A stretch of 32,000 nucleotides of DNA from Fidelibacterota bacterium (lineage in GTDB: Bacteria; Fidelibacterota; Fidelibacteria; Fidelibacterales; Fidelibacteraceae), in assembly GCA_021157965.1 (NCBI GenBank), contig JAGGVO010000041.1, positions 224,119 through 256,118 on the forward strand, written 5' to 3'. The position numbers were made by a program, and so were the translations under genes. The notes below the pieces were generated by a model. That model searched no databases, was not told the origin of the DNA, and saw nothing but the letters and a program-made list of their open reading frames with translations. Below are positions 24,727 to 32,000 of this stretch, piece by piece. Each line of letters opens with the position of its first letter. Within the stretch, counting starts at the first letter, position 1.

Positions 24727-24855
24727 ACATCTCTCCCGGTGTAGACCGATGGATGATGCCGTGATGAATGGCGACAGGGTAAGCCTGCACAAGCCGGATT
24801 TCCCGTGACGCCTGAACAGCAACTTTTACACTCGCTTATCGGAAATCTTTGAATT

Positions 24856-26022
24856 ATGAGTTATACACGTATTCTCATTCCGGATGCATATCACACCTAT
24901 CTTGGCATCCCCTATGATGAAGAAATTGTTCCCTTCCCCAATTTTGGTACGGTTCTGATTCAACACCGGCGCTATCTGCCGGATAAACCGGCATTCATCT
25001 GGGAAAATGTCCCGCCTGTTACATTTAAAGAATGGAGTTCCGGCGTCAGACTTCTGTCTGGCGCTCTAAAACAAGCTGGGCTGGATTTTTCCTCGCGTGT
25101 ACGCCTGAACCTGGACCTGGGTCCCCGAACCCTCTTCCTCTTTCATGCCCTGCTGGACGGGGGCATTCCGGCAATTTTAACAACCGATCCGGATACCGGT
25201 TTCACATTTCCCCTGCCGGGTGATGTGATCATGCCGGGAGAATTTATCCTGAAGGGTCCCGGGGATATATCCGGTTCGATTCATTCCGTCGTTGACACCT
25301 TGCTTCATACCCGTCCTGAAGCTCCGGATCCCTTTGAAGTTCCCTATATCTCCCTGGACCATTCCGCACTCTTCTGTTTTGATGAAGAGATGTGGTATGA
25401 GTTCACTCAGTATAATCTCCTTTCTGCGGCTCAATCCGTGGGGAAAGAACTCTCCCTGTTCCGGGACGGGGAAACTCTTTTTGCCAAATCCGCCGCAGAT
25501 TTGGCAGATTGGCTTTTCGCTGCCCTTGCATCCTTTTATTACGGATCGACGACGCGCTTTGAAACGGATATGGACGCACAAAAGGCGGAAAATATCCTCA
25601 AAGAGAGAAAAACACAGGTTCTGATTCCTGATATTTCCCGGACCGGTATATTCTCACCGGACCTGACAACCGGAGAAGTTCTCCGGGATGCTGCGATCCT
25701 CTGCAGAGATCCACGGATCGGGAAAATTCCGGAAACCCTTTCTTTTCCCTGGCGCTGTTTCTGGACAGCTCCGGTCTTTGCCGGCAATGGGGTTTTTGTA
25801 TCCGAAAAAAAAGGGACTTGTTGCAAAGGACTGGATTTCATCGTATCCGGGTCACCAGACAGAGGACGATTGATGGTGCTGGGGCATTCCGTTCCCCATG
25901 CTGTCTGGCTGGAAGAACCGGAGCATTGGGAATCCCAATTCAAAAAACACCTGGAGCTCCCCTTTTATGTCCGCTGTGAAGACCCGCAGCGCAGGACTTT
26001 CATTGTCCTTGATGATCAATGA
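24856..26022 (+). CDS. hypothetical protein (remote, degenerate resemblance to adenylate-forming enzyme N-terminus)
   Basis: 388-aa ORF. The segment DKPAFIWENVPPVTFKEWSSGVRLLSGALKQAGLDFSSRV resembles the substrate-announcing N-terminus of acyl-CoA ligases. I see no SGTTG-type P-loop. No clear Shine-Dalgarno site. Confidence 0.45.
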   Translation: MSYTRILIPDAYHTYLGIPYDEEIVPFPNFGTVLIQHRRYLPDKPAFIWENVPPVTFKEWSSGVRLLSGALKQAGLDFSSRVRLNLDLGPRTLFLFHALLDGGIPAILTTDPDTGFTFPLPGDVIMPGEFILKGPGDISGSIHSVVDTLLHTRPEAPDPFEVPYISLDHSALFCFDEEMWYEFTQYNLLSAAQSVGKELSLFRDGETLFAKSAADLADWLFAALASFYYGSTTRFETDMDAQKAENILKERKTQVLIPDISRTGIFSPDLTTGEVLRDAAILCRDPRIGKIPETLSFPWRCFWTAPVFAGNGVFVSEKKGTCCKGLDFIVSGSPDRGRLMVLGHSVPHAVWLEEPEHWESQFKKHLELPFYVRCEDPQRRTFIVLDDQ

Positions 26023-26061
26023 AATAAAAGGTATTTTACTTGAAAAATAGCAGGATTAGTC

Positions 26062-26880
26062 ATGGATATTGCAACACTTTTCGGCTTACTTATCGGACTT
26101 GGACTCATTGCCTTTGGCATGATGGATGAATCATTCAGCATTCCTCACACCTTTCTGAACTGGAATGCCATGGCGGTTGTGCTGGGAGGGACCCTGGCCG
26201 CCACAATGATCAATTATCCCTTCAAACAATTTCTCGGCCTTTTGAAAGTGACGGGAAAAGCTTTTGCCAGACATCACCAGGAAAGTCTGAAAACCATTCA
26301 TCAGCTTGTGGGTTACAGCAAGCTGATTCGTGCAAAGGGCCTGCTTTCCCTGGAAGACCAACTGCCGGAGATGAAGAACCGTTTCATGCAAACGGGTATT
26401 GAAATGGCACTTATCGAAAAAGACAGCAAAAAACTTGAGCGATTTTTAAGAAGTGAACTGACCAATATGGTTATTCGCCACAAGAACGGCCAGGAGATGT
26501 TTTATAATATGGGATCCTATGCTCCGGCATTCGGGCTCTTGGGGACCGTGATGGGTCTTATTCTGATGATGACCCAGCAGAGTCAGGTCACCGGAGTGAT
26601 GACTTTTGCCCAGGACACCCAAGTGATGATGACATCCCTGCTAAGTGGCATGGGAAGAGCCCTGGTAACCACATTTTACGGAGTTCTCCTTGCAAACCTT
26701 ATTTTTATCCCTATTGGTGGAAAACTGAAAACCCGGTCCGATGAAGAAATCTTCATTAACGAAATCATCCTGACAGGCATATTAAGTCTTCACGCCCGGG
26801 AACATCCCCTGATTATGGAAGAAAAACTTCTGACCTTTATTCCCAAAGCTGAAAAAGATTTTCTGAAACACCATGACTGA
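26062..26880 (+). CDS. motA: flagellar-type stator protein MotA/PomA, second copy
   Basis: MDIATLFGLLIGLGLIAFGM. Loop IRAKGLLSLEDQ is very close to PomA ARKDGLLALEGQ. APAFGLLGTVMGLI and FIPIGGKL channel prolines. 272 aa. Confidence 0.88.
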   Translation: MDIATLFGLLIGLGLIAFGMMDESFSIPHTFLNWNAMAVVLGGTLAATMINYPFKQFLGLLKVTGKAFARHHQESLKTIHQLVGYSKLIRAKGLLSLEDQLPEMKNRFMQTGIEMALIEKDSKKLERFLRSELTNMVIRHKNGQEMFYNMGSYAPAFGLLGTVMGLILMMTQQSQVTGVMTFAQDTQVMMTSLLSGMGRALVTTFYGVLLANLIFIPIGGKLKTRSDEEIFINEIILTGILSLHAREHPLIMEEKLLTFIPKAEKDFLKHHD

Positions 26881-27571
26881 TGACAGGATGCGTTATAAAA
26901 CATTCGACAGAGACGGCTGGAAAATTATATACGCCTCCCTGCTTACGGGGATTCTGGCCTTTTTCCTCCTCTTTGTCAGTCGGGCGACCAATGAAGCGAC
27001 ATCCGTATTCAGTTTTTCAGACAATCTGACAGCCCGGATCGGCCGTCAGCTGGAGCAGATCAGGGAACGGGAAGGAATGGATTGGCTGTATATTGAAAAC
27101 ACAGGAACAAAAGGGATTAAAATTCTCATTCCCTCCCGGGTGGAAAACCAGCCCTTTTTTAATTCAGCATCGGATGAAATCAACCCCAATTTTTATCCCT
27201 ATCTGGCACAGCTTGTGAGTCTGATCAATGAAACCGACCTTCCCCTGCTGGAGGCGATGTACCGGGAACAGATTGCCCGGATTGAATCCTATGGATACTA
27301 CATCGATACGGATATCCGAATTGAAGGACATTCGGATCAGCAACCTATCCGAACACAACGGTTTTCGGATAATTGGGATCTGTCCACAGCCAGGGCTTAT
27401 CAGGTGATGCAATATCTGCAATACCGCCTGCCTGTGCCGGAGGATTATTTTTCGATTGCGGGATACGGCTCCTTTCATCCTTTGCACGATGTCAGAAACT
27501 GGGACGAGAACCGCCGGGTCGAAATCTATATTAAGGTGAATATGATAAACAGGCGGGGCGGAACATCATGA
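26873..27571 (+). CDS. MotB-like OmpA-domain protein lacking the channel aspartate
   Basis: TM segment WKIIYASLLTGILAFFLLF, where Ser22 (nt 26936-26938) occupies the invariant Asp position. OmpA-like C-terminus IEGHSDQQPI..NWDLSTARAYQV..NRRVEIYI. Overlaps the motA stop. Confidence 0.8.
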   Translation: MTDDRMRYKTFDRDGWKIIYASLLTGILAFFLLFVSRATNEATSVFSFSDNLTARIGRQLEQIREREGMDWLYIENTGTKGIKILIPSRVENQPFFNSASDEINPNFYPYLAQLVSLINETDLPLLEAMYREQIARIESYGYYIDTDIRIEGHSDQQPIRTQRFSDNWDLSTARAYQVMQYLQYRLPVPEDYFSIAGYGSFHPLHDVRNWDENRRVEIYIKVNMINRRGGTS

Positions 27572-28272
27572 AACTTTTTTCCACACGGCAGGACACCTTG
27601 TCCAGTCGTGAAAGGGCTGTCCGCTCCGGGTGGATTCTCTCTTTTGGTGATATCATGACCCTTTTGCTGACATTTTTCATCATGATGATTGCCCGTCAGT
27701 CAGGTGAAATCAGCCGGATCCACCGGTGGACCCATGACCGGCTGCAAGAAACCGGCCGGGAAATCCGTTTAGCCATTGAAAAGCAGGATTTGTCAGCCTT
27801 TACTGTGAACTATCATTCAAAAGGCGTACAGATTACCATCAGCGGTGAATCGCTGTTTAATCCGGGAGAGGCAGAACCCCTTCCGGAGTTCAGGCGTCAA
27901 CTGACAGATCTGGCACATGCGATTCGCACTCTGGATATTCTGGATTTGACTCAAACGGAACATCGGCAGTTGCTTCGGGAATTGCGGGAAAACGGCCTGG
28001 CCTGGCAGGTGGAAATCCGCATAGAGGGACATACGGATAATGTCCCCTTAGGTCCTAATGTCCGGTTTAGGGACAACTGGGAATTGAGCGCCGCCCGGGC
28101 CCAGAGTGTGATGCGGATTCTACATCAGGAAACAGAAATTCCTGAGGAACGTTTTGCCGTGGCTGGCTTTGGTGAGTTCAACCCTGTGGCGTCCAACGAG
28201 ACTGAATCGGGGAGAAACCGGAACCGGCGTGTAGAAATCTATATTGATGCTTCCATTCAAAAAATTCAGTAA
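27568..28272 (+). CDS. motB: MotB-like OmpA-domain stator protein (Asp present)
   Basis: WILSFGDIMTLLLTFFIMMIA with D28 (nt 27649-27651). IEGHTDNVPL..NWELSAARAQSV..NRRVEIYI. ATGA overlap with the preceding gene. Confidence 0.85.
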   Translation: MKLFSTRQDTLSSRERAVRSGWILSFGDIMTLLLTFFIMMIARQSGEISRIHRWTHDRLQETGREIRLAIEKQDLSAFTVNYHSKGVQITISGESLFNPGEAEPLPEFRRQLTDLAHAIRTLDILDLTQTEHRQLLRELRENGLAWQVEIRIEGHTDNVPLGPNVRFRDNWELSAARAQSVMRILHQETEIPEERFAVAGFGEFNPVASNETESGRNRNRRVEIYIDASIQKIQ

Positions 28273-28326
28273 TCTATAGGCAGGTGATTTCGTACACTCT
28301 TCCAACAAAAACATATCGGGAGAATT

Positions 28327-29400
28327 ATGGAACTTGGATTCATCGGCGTTAAATTTTCCGGAAAAAGCACCCTTTTTGAACTTCTCACCGGGAATCATTT
28401 TGAAATCCTCCGGTCCGGTCTGGCGGAATCCCGGCGGGGAAGGGTGGTAGTTCCTGATCCTCGTGTGGATAACCTTTCTGACATTTTCAAGCCGAAGAAA
28501 ACGACGCATGCCACATTCAATTGCATTGATATCATGGGTATTCCGTCAGGGAACCGGCACGATACATCTTCAAAATATCTGGAAGCGGTTCGTCAGGTGG
28601 ATGGCCTGGTGGCGGTTGTCCGTGTTTTTGAAGGCTACGGGGATGACGGGAAACCTGTTACCATCAATCCTCCCGGTGAAATCCGGCATCTGGAAGAGGA
28701 AATACAATTTGCCGACCTGGTAGTTGCTGAAAGTCGCCTTGAGAAGGTGGAACATCTGAAACAGCGGGGAGCTCCCCAGTATGATAAACATGAACATGAA
28801 ATTCTGATACGGTGCAAAGAAGCGTTGGACGAGGGTCAGCCTATTCGTGAAATCCCTTTTACGGAGGAAGAAGAAAAGCGAATCCGGGGATTCCAGTTTT
28901 TGTCCGCCAAACCCCTCCTGGCAATTCTGAACTGCAGCGATACGTTGTACGAGAATCGGGACGCTTATATCCGGGAGGTGAAAGAAAAATTTCCGAATAT
29001 GGCTGTAACCGCTGTATCAGCCCTGTCAGAAAAGGAGATTCAGGAGCTGGAAGAAGATGATCGGGCGCTTTTCATGGAAGAACTGGGGATCGATGAACCG
29101 GCCATTCATCATGTCATCCGGGCGGCTTATGAAGGACTTGGACTTTTAAGTTTTTTTACAGTTGGAGAAGATGAGGTCAAAGCCTGGACACTCCGGCAGG
29201 GACTCACAGCACCTGCAGCAGCCGGTGTTATACACTCCGATCTGGAAAAGGGGTTTATCCGGGCGGAAGTCATTTCTTATGATGTGTTTATGGAAACCCA
29301 ATCCATGACAAAAGCGAAAGCGAATGGTCAGGTCCGCCTGGAGGGAAAAGACTATGTTGTACAGGATGGTGATATATTAAATATTCGATTTAACGTATAG
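28327..29400 (+). CDS. ychF: YchF/OLA1-family P-loop NTPase, divergent
   Basis: P-loop GVKFSGKST. G3 motif DIMG. VPDPRVDNL. C-terminal TGS-like block TAPAAAGVIHSDLEKGFIRAEVISYDVF..GKDYVVQDGDILNIRFNV is classic YchF. Confidence 0.8.
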   Translation: MELGFIGVKFSGKSTLFELLTGNHFEILRSGLAESRRGRVVVPDPRVDNLSDIFKPKKTTHATFNCIDIMGIPSGNRHDTSSKYLEAVRQVDGLVAVVRVFEGYGDDGKPVTINPPGEIRHLEEEIQFADLVVAESRLEKVEHLKQRGAPQYDKHEHEILIRCKEALDEGQPIREIPFTEEEEKRIRGFQFLSAKPLLAILNCSDTLYENRDAYIREVKEKFPNMAVTAVSALSEKEIQELEEDDRALFMEELGIDEPAIHHVIRAAYEGLGLLSFFTVGEDEVKAWTLRQGLTAPAAAGVIHSDLEKGFIRAEVISYDVFMETQSMTKAKANGQVRLEGKDYVVQDGDILNIRFNV

Positions 29401-29408
29401 GATAAACC

Positions 29409-29858
29409 ATGGCCAGACCGCAAAAAAACAGGCATGTTAAAAATCCACCCCGTTTCAGACAGTTCAAACCCCTGGGAATTCCTTCGCGGCAACTGGATGA
29501 ACTTATTCTTTCCCTGGATGAATATGAAGCACTCCGGCTTGCAGACGGCGAGAGATATAACCAGTCCCGGGCGGCGGAGCTGATGGGCATTTCGCGTCCT
29601 ACCTTTACAAGACTGATCGAAAGCGCCAGGTATAAAATGGCGGAATTTCTAGAAAAAGGTCCTCTTCTCACGATCGACGGAGGTGCCGTTCACTTTCTGA
29701 AGGATCAGTGGTGGTGCCGGAAATGCGGCCATGCCTTCAGTGGCGAATTGGTAACCCATCCCGGTCAATGTCCCCAATGCGGCAGTACGGATCTCCACTC
29801 CCTGGCAGAAAGATACGGCCATGGAATATGTTGCCGGGAATCATCAAATTATTTTTAA
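29409..29858 (+). CDS. DUF134/UPF0251 family HTH protein with C-terminal zinc ribbon
   Basis: MARPQKNRHVKNPPRFRQFKPLGIP..LSLDEYEALRLAD..QSRAAELMGISRPTFTRLIESAR matches the DUF134 pattern. The C-terminal CRKC..CPQC is a four-Cys ribbon. Confidence 0.75.
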   Translation: MARPQKNRHVKNPPRFRQFKPLGIPSRQLDELILSLDEYEALRLADGERYNQSRAAELMGISRPTFTRLIESARYKMAEFLEKGPLLTIDGGAVHFLKDQWWCRKCGHAFSGELVTHPGQCPQCGSTDLHSLAERYGHGICCRESSNYF

Positions 29859-30513
29859 AAAGCAGGAAGTTAACACCTCGATGCACCCGCTTTGTGGTCT
29901 GCCCGGTGACCGGAAAGATGGAAGATTGGATGAATGTAAGACAAAAAATCAGACACCATATATAATAATATTATTTTACATTAAGCTCGATTCCTGTGTA
30001 TTTTTCTCCCGGGGTAGTGGGCGATCACATCGCAGAATCCATATATCCGATTTCTCTTATTATCGTTATAGCAGACAATAGAAAATTCAATCAATCATAT
30101 CAATCTGACAATCTCTACCCCATAACGGGATTAACAATTCTCAGCTCTTTACTCAATTCAGAATTCCGGTATACCTCTCCTCAGTATCTAACAACATCAC
30201 GTTAGCATCCGTCAGGAATTGGGCCGTTTTCAGATCGGTGAATCGTTCCCAAATGTTTCCGCTGCATGGTTTGCCCGCCCAGGATCTGTATAGACAGGAT
30301 TATAAATATTTAATTGTTTTTTTCATTCTCTTTTTTGATTTATTTGGGATATAACCAGTTTTCATAAGCTTTGTTGTTGATGTAGTTCACGTGAAAAAGG
30401 AGGCCTGCCTTTAAATCTGTAAAATTTGTTTAATAAACGGCAGGAATCCCTTATTTTTAACAGTTATGATAACGAATCGTTTCAGGGAAGAAACACAGTG
30501 AGGTGTTGAAAAA

Positions 30514-30963
30514 ATGACTACATATCTTGAAAAAATTCAGCTTGATTTAAAGGACGCCATGAAAAAACGGGATGCCGTGCGTACCCGAACATTGCGAATG
30601 CTCCTATCCAAATTGAAAGAGAAACGCATTGAGGTGCTCCACGACCTGAAAGAAGAGGAAGAGTTGACGGTAATCCGGAAAGCAGCCAAAGAACGCCAGG
30701 ATTCTGCCCGGACTTATCAGGAGGCGGGCCGGACTGATTTGGCGGAAAAGGAAGAAGAGGAGTTGAAAATTATTGAAACGTACCTTCCTGCGGAAATGGA
30801 CGATGAAGCCATCCGTCAGATAGTCCGAAAAATTATCCGAAAAAGCGGGGCCGAAAGTATCCGGGATCTTGGAAAGGTTATGGGACCGGCCATGAAAGAA
30901 CTGACCGGCCGTGCAGACGGGAAACGGGTCCAAATAATAGTTCGGGAAGAACTGGGAGGTTAA
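30514..30963 (+). CDS. yqeY: GatB/YqeY domain-containing protein
   Basis: LKDAMKKRDAVRTRTLRMLLSKLKEKRIE, ETYLPAEM and LGKVMGPAMKELTGRADGKRV are typical YqeY. 149 aa. Confidence 0.85.
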   Translation: MTTYLEKIQLDLKDAMKKRDAVRTRTLRMLLSKLKEKRIEVLHDLKEEEELTVIRKAAKERQDSARTYQEAGRTDLAEKEEEELKIIETYLPAEMDDEAIRQIVRKIIRKSGAESIRDLGKVMGPAMKELTGRADGKRVQIIVREELGG

Positions 30964-30964
30964 T

Positions 30965-31696
30965 ATGCACTGGATGGATATCCTGGCCATTATCATTGTT
31001 GCCTGGTTTGTAGTAAAAGACTATTTCAACGGATTGATTTTAAGCAGTTTCCGGCTGATTGGGCTGGTGCTGGGTATTATCATCGGATCAAATTACAGTG
31101 TGAGTGTGGGGAACGCCCTTTTTGGCCGTTTTGACTGGAATCCCACCCTGATCATGGCACTGGGATTTGTCGTCATTTTCCTCGGTGTTGTGATTATATC
31201 ACAGATTCTGGCCAACCTGATCCGGGCAGCTCTGAACCTTGTCCTTTTAGGCTGGGTGGATAAACTGGGTGGTATTGCCCTGGGCGTTTTAAAGGCCGTG
31301 ATTGTCCTGAGTGTTATTTTCTGGATTTTTGATCTGATGCCCAACAATAACTGGGTTCCTAAAATTAAACAGAATGCTAAAAGTTATGAACTTCTTGAAC
31401 GCGTTGTTCCTGTGGTTCATAAAACCCTCATTGAACCCTTTTTTGATGAAGGCAAACTTCGTCAGCAGTTGAATAACAGAGTCCGGGAGGATATTCTGCC
31501 GGCAATCCAGGGTACGACAGAGGAATTTGCCAGGCACCTTCGCCAGATGGATGCTTTTGATTTTCAGGAACAGCAGTATCTTGTGGAAAATTTTAAGAAA
31601 CTGCCCCTGCCTGAGCGAAAAGAGATTATGCTGAAATTAAAAAAGGGGGGACAGGAAATGCGTGAAGCCATAGAACGATTGAACCAGGGATTATGA
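30965..31696 (+). CDS. cvpA: CvpA family membrane protein
   Basis: MHWMDILAIIIVAWFVVKDYFNGLI start and four TM helices typical of CvpA. About 100 aa of charged C-terminal extension. Sits upstream of mutS2, a gene order I recall from other bacteria. Confidence 0.75.
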   Translation: MHWMDILAIIIVAWFVVKDYFNGLILSSFRLIGLVLGIIIGSNYSVSVGNALFGRFDWNPTLIMALGFVVIFLGVVIISQILANLIRAALNLVLLGWVDKLGGIALGVLKAVIVLSVIFWIFDLMPNNNWVPKIKQNAKSYELLERVVPVVHKTLIEPFFDEGKLRQQLNNRVREDILPAIQGTTEEFARHLRQMDAFDFQEQQYLVENFKKLPLPERKEIMLKLKKGGQEMREAIERLNQGL

Positions 31697-31703
31697 CAGG
31701 ATT

Positions 31704-32000
31704 ATGATACACCCCGAAGCGGTCCTGGGGTTTGACCGGGTCCGGCGTCTTCTCCGGGCGGAGACCTTTACGGAAAAGGCCGGTGACCTGGCAGGTAATT
31801 TGCATTCTTTCCAACCTCCTGAAACCTTCCGGAAAACACAGGATTTAATCCTCGAAATGCGGGATCTCATTGCCCTGGATACGGCACTTCCCCTCTCCGG
31901 TTTCAGCGATCAGATCCATATTTTTAAACGTGCAGCTGTACAGGGAACGGCCTTATCGGGTGAAGAGCTCTTCACGCTGGGATCCATTCTTCAAACCGGC
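31704..32000 (+). CDS. mutS2: endonuclease MutS2 (N-terminal fragment, runs off window)
   Basis: My own translation from the ATG at 31704 gives MIHPEAVLGFDRVRRLLRAETFTEKAGDLAGNL..ILEMRDLIALDTALPLSGFSDQIHIFKRAAVQGTALSGEELFTLGSIL. This follows the MutS2 N-terminal pattern (LEFdkI..L......G......L.P; ..eL..i...L). The frame stays open to the window end and is absent from the ORF track. Confidence 0.65.
   Translation, partial: MIHPEAVLGFDRVRRLLRAETFTEKAGDLAGNLHSFQPPETFRKTQDLILEMRDLIALDTALPLSGFSDQIHIFKRAAVQGTALSGEELFTLGSILQTG

Noticed and set aside
24727-24855. Relatively GC-rich 129-bp spacer after the HD-GYP gene as a riboswitch or sRNA
   Set aside because: I could identify no recognisable riboswitch core or stable terminator-antiterminator pair by eye. 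Only an Rfam scan could revive this.
29821-30205. Track ORFs 29821-30081 and 29996-30205 as real small proteins
   Set aside because: Neither has a Shine-Dalgarno site. The first starts inside the DUF134 gene in another frame. Their composition is atypical (Ile/Tyr/Ser-rich from AT-rich DNA) and they carry no motifs.
1-32000. Mobile element, prophage, defence island, CRISPR array, tRNA or rRNA
   Set aside because: I recognised no transposase, integrase, recombinase, Cas, restriction or toxin-antitoxin motifs in any frame. I saw no regularly spaced direct repeats, no T-loop GTTCGAATC-type signature and no rRNA-like segment. Gene content is chromosomal housekeeping plus the motor loci.

Overview
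The window looks like chromosomal DNA from a diderm bacterium that uses Shine-Dalgarno sites. I found no rRNA, tRNA, CRISPR array, transposase or integrase.

Minus strand, about 23-10068: a tightly overlapping aromatic amino-acid supraoperon. Its order is yjbQ-like, chorismate mutase, DAHP synthase, a TyrA-PheA fusion, aroA, aroE, aroC, aroK, aroB and aroQ. It is followed by a TlpA-like thioredoxin lipoprotein, a CPBP protease and a small membrane protein.

Plus strand, 10244-32000:
- A GGQ-less eRF1/Pelota-like protein.
- The stand-out locus, an eight-gene operon at about 11461-19462. It encodes four secreted coiled-coil, TPR or beta-barrel proteins, a PomA/MotA-type stator with MotB, a FliF-like protein that keeps only the RBM3 ring domain plus the FliG-binding tail, and a full-length FliG-like protein. 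No FliM/N, FliH/I/J, export-gate, rod, hook or filament gene lies anywhere in the 32 kb.
- A ferritin-like protein, PlsC, SixA, two unknown proteins, an outer-membrane beta-barrel and a GAF-HD-GYP c-di-GMP phosphodiesterase.
- A second stator locus with one MotA and two MotB paralogs. One paralog lacks the channel aspartate.
- A divergent YchF, a DUF134 protein, a 655-bp non-coding gap, yqeY, cvpA and the start of mutS2.

The main hypothesis is a flagellum-independent rotor-stator envelope machine. Every call rests on motif recognition by eye, and no database search was run.
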